Part shown: positions 11,323 through 18,623 of the stretch, piece by piece | How positions within the stretch are numbered: the first letter of the stretch is position 1 | Layout: every line of letters begins with the position of its first letter | DNA from: Octopus sinensis | Taxonomy: Eukaryota | Length of the DNA stretch: 18,623 bases | Assembly: GCF_006345805.1 (NCBI RefSeq) | Contig: NW_021824455.1 | Span: 1-18,623, forward strand | Direction of reading: 5' to 3' | Made by a program: the position numbers and the translations under genes | Notes under the pieces: model-generated | The model's database searches: none | What the model saw: only the letters and a program-made list of their open reading frames with translations | Told to the model about the DNA's origin: nothing

Positions 11323-11575
11323 GGTACTATTTAAGAAGAGTGGACCCGTTGCGCGCGCTCGCGCATCCGCGCTGGCTAGTCGTGACTAGTCGATCCTACG
11401 ACTATCTAGCAAAGTAAATAATTTTTTTAAAACAAAAATATAAAACACAAAAACACAAAGTAAATAATGTTTAAAACAAAGTAAATAAAACACAAAGTAA
11501 GGATCGACTAGTCACGACTAGCTGGCGTGGATGCTCGGGTGGCGCGCACCGGGACCACTCTTCTTAAATAGTACC
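11323..11575. mobile_element. MITE-like element with ~75-bp terminal inverted repeats
   Basis: 11323-11397 pairs with 11500-11575 (8 substitutions, 1 indel). A-rich spacer with AAAGTAAATAA repeats. No TSD seen. Confidence 0.75.
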
Positions 11576-11793
11576 CATGATTTTTAAATTGTTTGCAATA
11601 CTCATCAAATTTGTTGAAATTCGAAAGTTCCATGAATTTAAACTCTTCTAAGGATGAATATCGTGCTTTTATTTGGTCAACTATTGTACTGATAATTTTG
11701 TTATAAAGCATTTTATAATGTCGTTGGGGCTCAATAGATATATTCTTGGATCTCTGAATTCCGATTCCTGCATCGACTCCATATTTTCCCCCC

Positions 11794-12114
11794 CGGGTTC
11801 AGTTCCACTGCGTGGCACCTTGGGCAAGGGTCTTCTACTATAGTCTCGGGCCGACCAAAGCCTTGTGAGTGGATTTGGTAGACGGAAACTGAAAGAAGCC
11901 CGTGGTATATATGTATATATATATGCGTGTGTGTGTTTGTGCGTCTGTGTTTGTCCCCCTAGCATTGCTTGGCAACCGATGCTGGTGTGTTTATGTCCCC
12001 GTTACTTAGCGGTTCGGCAAAATAGACCGATGGAATAAGTCCCGGGGTCGAGTTGCTCGATTAAAGGGGTGCTCGAGCATGGCCGCAGTCAAATGACTGA
12101 AACAAGTAAAAGAG
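11794..12114 (+). mobile_element. 5'-truncated tRNA-derived CORE-type SINE inside the hAT element
   Basis: B box GGTTCAGTTCC, CORE-like CTGCGTGGCACCTTGGGCAAG, short internal TA/TG microsatellite, and LINE-like 3' tail. Confidence 0.9.
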
Positions 12115-12660
12115 ATTGAAAAATTATCAAGTTTGTTTTCGAGTACAGTTCTAGTTTTATCTATTTGATCTTTACAATACACTATGTCATGACTTTTACT
12201 CTGGAGGATGTTAAATATGAAAAAAGAAATAATCTCACTGAATACTTCTAACAAAATAAGAAATCAGGAGCTTTTAAAGTTTGTAAGAATCCAATTGCTG
12301 AATTTATGGTGGTATCTCCCATGCTTCAGGATTTTCAATGATGTGCTCAAAAAGGCTGATTATGAAATGATAATTTTCCTTTGTGGTAATAATAAGCCGT
12401 GAGGCTGTTGCCTTCGGAAATCTTTTTTTTAACAATGTTATCTAATGCATTAGCCCTTTTCGGTGTTGGTCTCCCACCGATATAATTAATTATTTTCCAT
12501 CGAATTCTCCTTTCGAAAAACTATTTCTCAAAATATCGTTTATAACACAACATTTCACTCATTTCGTAAAAGGCTGTTCTTATATACGAACACACGTGGA
12601 AGCGCCGGCGTAAATTGTAAGTCAATTTCAACAAAACAGAAAGATACAGAAAGTGGGTAT

Positions 12661-12958
12661 CATGCGGTCAGCTCATAGCATGACTGCCACTGAGAGAAAG
12701 TGGAAGGGGGTACAAAATATTATGAACGACCTTTCTCCTAGCATCTTTTTTATCAATTCACTAAGAGAGAGAGAGGAAGGAGGGACAAACTAAGAGACAG
12801 AGAGGGAGGTCATGCGGGTCTTCCCACAGCATAGCCACTAAGAGAAAGAGGAAGGGGGTAAAAAATTTCAAATGCTCTATCCCCTTAGCATGTCTTTTAA
12901 ACAAGTCGCTAAGAGTGAGAGAGAGAGGAAGGAAGGACAAACTGAGACAGAGAGGGAG
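12661..12958. repeat. Two diverged ~150-bp tandem units in the hAT subterminal region
   Basis: 12661-12808 and 12811-12958 share CATGCGG, GCCACTRAGAGAAAGWGGAAGGGGGTA and GAGAGAGGAAGGARGGACAAACT..GAGACAGAGAGGGAG. Confidence 0.85.
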
Positions 12959-13170
12959 TGTCTACATAACATGCTGTTCTTGTCAATGCATGACTTCTAA
13001 AAGCATAAGTAGAGTCACTGAGAGAGAAGGGGAGAAAACTACAACTGGACGGATTTTCTTTGAAACAAAGTAACTATTTTATCTAATTTTCCGATCATAT
13101 GGATAAAAAAATCACAGGGCATGCAACGCATACCTTGCACACCTGAGAGTACACGCCCCTGATACATACA

Positions 13171-13206
<36 letters not shown>

Positions 13207-13211
13207 TATAT

Positions 13212-13262
<51 letters not shown>

Positions 13263-13263
<1 letters not shown>

Positions 13264-15097
13264 GGCTCCCTCACAGACAGTCCAACTAAGATCAGTGAGA
13301 TGCTGAATGACCAGTTCAAAAGTGTCTTTACCACCCCGTTGGAACACAGACAAGTGAACGAACCAGTGGACTTCTTTGCCGCCTCACCAATAACCAGTGA
13401 GGCGGTTACAATAGAATGTATTGACATTAGAGCGAAAAAGATGTCCTACTAGCCATAGATGAAGTGGACACAAACTCAGCTGCTGGTCCAGATGGTTTCC
13501 AAGCAATCCTCCTCAAAGCGTGTAAGCATGCCCTGGCAAAACCCTCAAGATTCTCTTCCAGAGCTTTCTTGCGAATGGCAAACTGCCAAGCAAGCTGAAG
13601 GAGGGAATAATAGCCCAATACTAAAGGGGGAAGTAGAGCAGATGCCAAAAAATATAGGCCTATCTCTCTGACTTCACACATCAGCAAAGTCATGGAACGG
13701 ATAGTCAGAAAGAAACTAATCGCCTTCCTTGAGGAAAATAACTTGCTGAGTAATACCCAGCATGGTTTTCGACCAGGTAGGAGCTGCCTGACTCAGCTCT
13801 TACAACATTATGACTGGGTGTTGAGGCAGTTACTCAACAAATCAAATGTGGACGTAATCTACCTTGATTTTGCAAAAGCTTTTGACAAGGTAGATCATGG
13901 TATGATATGTCACAAACTACGTGACCTCGGCATAGCTGGAAAACTTGGAGTATGGTTGCATGACTTCCTGAAAGATAGGAGTCAGGCAGTAGTGGTTAAT
14001 GGAGCCACCTCTATGAACACACAAATAGTGCGCGGTGTTCCACAGGGCACTGTCTTGGGACCACTGCTTTTTATAGTGGCCCTCTCAGATATGCCCTCAA
14101 ATGCCCGGATAGCCACTCTGGCCAGCTATGCAGACGATACGAAAGTCTCGCAGAAAATACAGAACCCCAGCGATGTTGCACACTTGCAGCAGGAGTTGGA
14201 CTCAATCTACAGATGGGCTGAGGATAATAATATGCAGTTTAATGTTGAAAAATTCCAGGCCCTGCGCTACCAGCATCCAAAACTGAAATTAAACTTACAG
14301 GATACACCGGTCCACAGGGAATTTCAATCCTAGAGCCTAAGTCTGTGAGGAACCTGGGTAGGACATGAGTGATGATACCTCTTCCAAGTGCACATTACCA
14401 GGATGTGACAAAGTGCAGACGACTGGCTGGGTGGATCCTAAGAACATTCAGAACCAGAGATAAGGAAACCATGATGGTCCTCTGGCGGACATTCGTCCTC
14501 AGTCGCCTGGATTACTGCTCACAGCTATGGTCAGCCACCAGTGCAAAATTAACAGCGGACCTTGAAGCAATCCAGAGAAGATTCACAAAGAAGATCGTCT
14601 CTTTGCAACAGCTCAGTACTACTGGAAAAGGTTGAAACAGCTAAGACTCTACTCCCTGGAGAGAAAGACGGAGAGTATGCAGTAATATAGTCTAGAAGAT
14701 CCTGAAGGAATTGTGCCAAATGTTGGCAATGTAAGCTACACCAATGCTAGAACGGGACGACACTGCATAGTGCCAATATCCCAGCAATGCCATCACGCTT
14801 CAGGACCAGCTTCTGCAACAGCCTGGGTTTTAAGGGCCCGCAGCTTTTTAATATTCTCCCAAAGAGTCTGAGGAACTTGCACAAAGTAGATGTAGCGGTT
14901 TTTAAATCAAAGCTGGACACCTTCCTGTCAAGAGTCCCAGATGAACCTACCTCACGGCAAGAGGTGCAAGTGAGAGTAGCTGTATCAAACTCCATTCTTC
15001 ACCAAGTGCCACATATTAGACGAGGTTCTTCGTAATAACAGTGTAGCACAAAACGGCGGTGCATCAGCATGGCCGCAGCTCTGAGCTGAAACTAGAA

Positions 15098-15102
<5 letters not shown>
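13263..15102 (+). mobile_element. 5'-truncated CR1-group LINE copy C (diverged subfamily)
   Basis: ORF 13692-14333 has QHGFRPGRSC, YLDFAKAFDKV, GVPQGTVLGPLLF, YADDTK. The C-terminus is frameshifted and the 3' tail motif is the same as in copies A and B. Confidence 0.95.
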
Positions 15103-15133
<31 letters not shown>

Positions 15134-15134
<1 letters not shown>

Positions 15135-15341
15135 GTTTGTATGTCTGTTTATCCCTCCAGCATCGCTTGACAACCGGTGCTAGTGTGGTCACGTCCGCGA
15201 GACTTAGCGGTCAGGCAAAAGAGACCAATAAATTAAGTACTAGGCCTACAAAGAATAAGTTCTGGGTCGATTTGCTCGAATAAAGGCGATGCTCCACCAT
15301 GGCCGCAATCAAATAACTGAAAAAAGTCAAATAGAGTAAGA
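15134..15341 (+). mobile_element. SINE 3' half
   Basis: Aligns with 11935-12114 (GCTTGACAACCG..GACTTAGCGGT..GGCGATGCTCCACCATGGCCGC). Confidence 0.85.
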
Positions 15342-15760
15342 CAGTAAATAACGACAAAATTGCATATTCTCTTAACTACATAATTAAGGGAGATAACAAA
15401 AAAATAACTTCAAGACTTACTTCCCTAGAATCATATAAAAAAAGACGTGACTGATCTCTCAGTGTGTTCCTTTTTCGCTTGCAAAGGGGACATAAGCATT
15501 CGCGCACGAAGAGACACACGCATATACAACTTTTCTGCTGGTACCTTTAACAAATAAGCATTGGCCAGCTTATAATTTACATTTAATAACACACCACAAC
15601 TATATAAAGTACTAACAATATCTAGTACTACCCTTTGGACTTAATCAGGTTTTTATTTTGTTTTAGTTAGTATATATGCGTATATACACGTATATAGTAT
15701 GTATGTTGTAATGTATGTATGTATGTTGGTATGTATGTATGTATACATGTATGTGTATAT

Positions 15761-15816
<56 letters not shown>

Positions 15817-15877
15817 TATATACATATATATATACATATATACATAATATATATATACAGATATATATATATATATA

Positions 15878-17269
15878 TTCTCATAAGAATTCTTTAAAAA
15901 TACTCAGAGAATAGGAAGAAAACCAGCCTAGCAAAATATGTCTGGGAACTAAAAGAAAAGGAAGCCCCACCTTTCAACGTGACATGGAGCATTCTGGACA
16001 GGGCGGCACCATACAGGCATGGAGCTTACAAATTTAATTCAAGTGCAAGCTTTGTTTATTAGAAAAAATGCACATATTAGTCAAAGACAATAATTCTTTG
16101 AATCAAAGAAGTGAGTTAATGAACTTATGTAGGCACGCGGCTAAATTTAAAATGTCGAATATAATATACCATATGGATAGAGTCTATATTTTGTATTTTG
16201 ATTTTGATTTTGATTTTGACTCTTAAGCGCTACGACGGATCTATAGCAAAGTCTTATTGTTTCTGCATATATATTAGGAAAAACCTACAAACTTTGTTTT
16301 CATGTTATTGTATGCATAGGATTACCTTGATTATTTATATTACCTTGATTATTTATAAATGACCCAAAATAGGATGTTATATTTTATTTTTATATGTCTT
16401 TCGTATATATTTTTATTAAGCACCCATTTTTTAAAAGCAATGTTTTTTTAAAAAAAGCAATGTTGTCCAAATTCAGAATGTTTATATAAGTTTGTGTATA
16501 GCAAAGCATATGTATTTGTAAGCATGCGTATCTGTGTATGTGTAAGTGAAAGTATGCTTGTGCTTAAGCACGCATACACACGACGGTATGTATATGTATC
16601 AATTCAAACTTGTGTATGTATACTGGCCTCTATAGATGCCAATAGCATCGCTACAAGTTTCCCCCCCCCCCACCCCTCTTTCGTTCCTTTTTCTCTCTTT
16701 CCCTTTCTTTTGTTCCCCCTCCTTGCTCATATATGAGAATTGCTACATAGATGAATTTTAGCTTGCGTGCGAGACGGTTTGCGTGAATATATGTACACAT
16801 GCTTTTAGTGTAAATAATTTAGATTCATATTCATACGTCTGTATATGTATGTATGGCGTTTACGCGCATCCTTTTGTGTATGTTGATATATATATGTGGA
16901 TTTTAATATAAATATGTATTGCAGTATTTATAACAGGTTTAATTTCTATGCATTAATTTGTACTGTCTTCATTAACGGCAATAGGTTTTTTCCTCGGTTT
17001 TTTTCCTCGGATTTTATAATTTTTTATAATTTTTTATAAGTTTTTATATATATATGCATGTATTTTTGACCTTTTGTTTATCGTCTCGAATTGACCGTTT
17101 TTTCTAAAGGGCCAATCAAACAGTCCATTTCTTTTTAAAGGTGTAGCGTTTGTAAGAGTATAGATTGAATTAATATATATTGTTCCATTCTAGCAAAAAC
17201 TGTCTGATGAACGGCAACGAGAAACTCAGAGTAACAGATTTTGTTGAATTTTCTGCTGCTTAAAATAAA

Positions 17270-17270
<1 letters not shown>
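15878..17270 (+). mobile_element. 3' fragment of a second Penelope-like element (GIY-YIG C-terminus, long 3' UTR, hammerhead); possibly Naiad-type
   Basis: 15913-16160 translates, with one frameshift, to KTSLAKYVWELK..VTWSILDRAAPY..CKLCLLEKMHIL..LNQRSELMNLCRH. Hammerhead near the 3' end and (TA)n on both sides. Not in the ORF track. Continuity of the UTR is inferred. Confidence 0.75.
17191..17246 (+). ncRNA. Minimal type I hammerhead ribozyme
   Basis: UAGCAAAA-A-CUGU CUGAUGA A-CG-GCAA-CG-A GAA ACUC-A-GAGU A ACAG-A-UUUUGUUG: 12-bp stem I with an A.A mismatch, GNRA-capped stem II, palindromic stem III, GUA triplet at 17231-17233. Confidence 0.8.
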
Positions 17271-17304
<34 letters not shown>

Positions 17305-17396
17305 CATAGTAAAAAGGTGATAAATAAATTATTATTATGCCGGTGATCTAGCACAAAAGACATTTTAGCCATTAGGCTATATGTTATTCATACACA

Positions 17397-17485
<89 letters not shown>

Positions 17486-17495
17486 CTATTATATT

Positions 17496-17706
17496 TTACT
17501 CATTTACTCTTTTACATGTTTCAGTCATTTGTCTGGGCCCATGCTGGAGCACCGCCTTTTTGTTGAGTAAATCCACCTCAGGACTTATTATTTGTAAGCC
17601 TTATATACTTATTCTATCCGTCTCCTTTGCCGAACCGCTATTATGGGGACGTAAACACACCAGCATCGGTTGTGAAGTGATGTGTGGGGGACAAACACAA
17701 ACACAG
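17496..17706 (-). mobile_element. SINE 3' half
   Basis: Reverse complement aligns with 11940-12114, including GGCGGTGCTCCAGCATG and AAATGACTGAAAC. Confidence 0.85.
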
Positions 17707-17768
17707 AAGCATATACACACCACATACATATACATATATATACATATAATATACATATAATATATATA

Positions 17769-17823
<55 letters not shown>

Positions 17824-17826
<3 letters not shown>

Positions 17827-18197
17827 ATATATAAACGGCGTTTGTCTCTGTGTGTGTCTGTGTGTCTGTCAGGTTGTACCCTCACCCTGACCACAGCTTT
17901 CAACCGATTCTGATGAAACTTGACACACACACATAGCCCATGTCATAATTCAAAACTAACGCAGCGAAAATTTTGAAAGGTTCCCCCAGTTCTGAAAAGA
18001 TCGATAAATTCGACATGGGGTCGAGAATCAGAAACACAAACCACAGACTGTCTAGGGCGCAACTCGACCTTTTTAACTCTCAAAAAAATTACCATCATTT
18101 TTTTCCCATTTTTTTGCTATTTTTTGGCTATACTCTCTAAAAATGCTTTATAGTTATTTCCCTTACAAACCCGAGCAACGCCGGGCGATACTGCTAG
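17824..18197 (+). mobile_element. Complete non-autonomous Helitron
   Basis: 5' TC, 3' CTAG, GC-rich hairpin CCCG-A-GC-AAC-GC-CGGG at 18170-18185, inserted between A and T with no TSD. Confidence 0.88.
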
Positions 18198-18279
18198 TAT
18201 ATATATATATATATATATGTATATGGCAGGGCTGGCCTGCTAGGTAGCCGGCCAGAATGCTAGAAGAAGATCATCAACG

Positions 18280-18315
<36 letters not shown>

Positions 18316-18317
<2 letters not shown>

Positions 18318-18465
18318 GACGGGCTTCTTTCTGTTTCTGTGTACTCACAAAGCTTTGGTCGGTCCGACGCTATAGAAGACAGTCGCCCATGGTGCCACGT
18401 AGTGGGATTGAACCCGGAACCATGTGGTTGGTAAACAAGCTACTTCCGATACAGTCACTCCTGTT
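18316..18465 (-). mobile_element. tRNA-derived CORE-type SINE, 5' half
   Basis: Minus strand has B box GGTTCAATCCC and CTACGTGGCACCATGGGC, and ends GAAAGAAGCCCGTCG before (TA)n. Confidence 0.88.
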
Positions 18466-18623
18466 TGTTAACTTGACAGCAAGTTCAAGGTGAGCTCTGA
18501 TTGGTTGTATGCAAACGAGCTCATTAATAGTGTCCGGAGCTCTCGTGGGAGAAAAAAACTTTCGCGGGTGGGTCACATAAGAAGATGTGACCACCTTATT
18601 GTGGACTGTGCTTACACAACGTC

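Larger units (their letters stand above)
11154..13161 (-). mobile_element. Non-autonomous, internally deleted hAT transposon (Tip100-like)
   Basis: TIRs CAGTGGCGTG / CACGCCCCTG (1 mismatch in 10). 8-bp TSD ATACATAC at 11146-11153 and 13162-13169. Minus-strand transposase-like remnants PKRANALDNIVKKK, FIFNILQSKSHDIVYC, IISTIVDQIKARYS. Confidence 0.8.

Noticed and set aside
15345-15665. Unassigned segment as a host exon
   Set aside because: No ORF or convincing splice-site pair, so it cannot be classified from sequence alone.
16190-17050. Short tandem duplications ((TTTTGA)n, 18-bp ATTACCTTGATTATTTAT x2, TTTTTATAA repeats) as a CRISPR-like array
   Set aside because: No spacers. These are ordinary slippage products in AT-rich sequence.
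16160-17190. SECIS element / selenoprotein-type PLE
   Set aside because: The visible cysteines are TGC/TGT and no AUGA-AA-GA hairpin was found by eye. The Neptune stop at 9466 is TAA, not TGA.
17910-17920. CTGATGAAAC resembling a hammerhead core
   Set aside because: No room for stem II, no stem I/III, and it is part of the Helitron 5' motif.

Overview
Non-genic, repeat-saturated eukaryotic DNA, probably an octopus/cephalopod genome (inferred from the CORE-type tRNA-SINEs and extreme (TA)n content). No host gene is supportable, and the many poly-IY 'ORFs' are translated (TA)n microsatellites. The window is a stack of mobile elements, most inserted into TA-rich microsatellites: four decayed CR1-group LINEs, an RTE-LINE 3' fragment nested in one of them, a nearly intact Neptune-type Penelope-like element (RT + GIY-YIG) with an inverted pseudo-LTR, a second Penelope-like 3' fragment, further pLTR-like remnants, a non-autonomous hAT (Tip100-like) element with 8-bp TSD carrying a MITE and a SINE, two Helitron-like elements and several SINE pieces. 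The most notable signals are at RNA level: two intact-core and two degenerate type I hammerhead ribozyme motifs from distinct families, a covarying double stem-loop 3' tail shared by the CR1 LINEs and SINEs, and an unexplained G-U-rich hairpin cluster at the right edge. All alignments and folds were done by eye.
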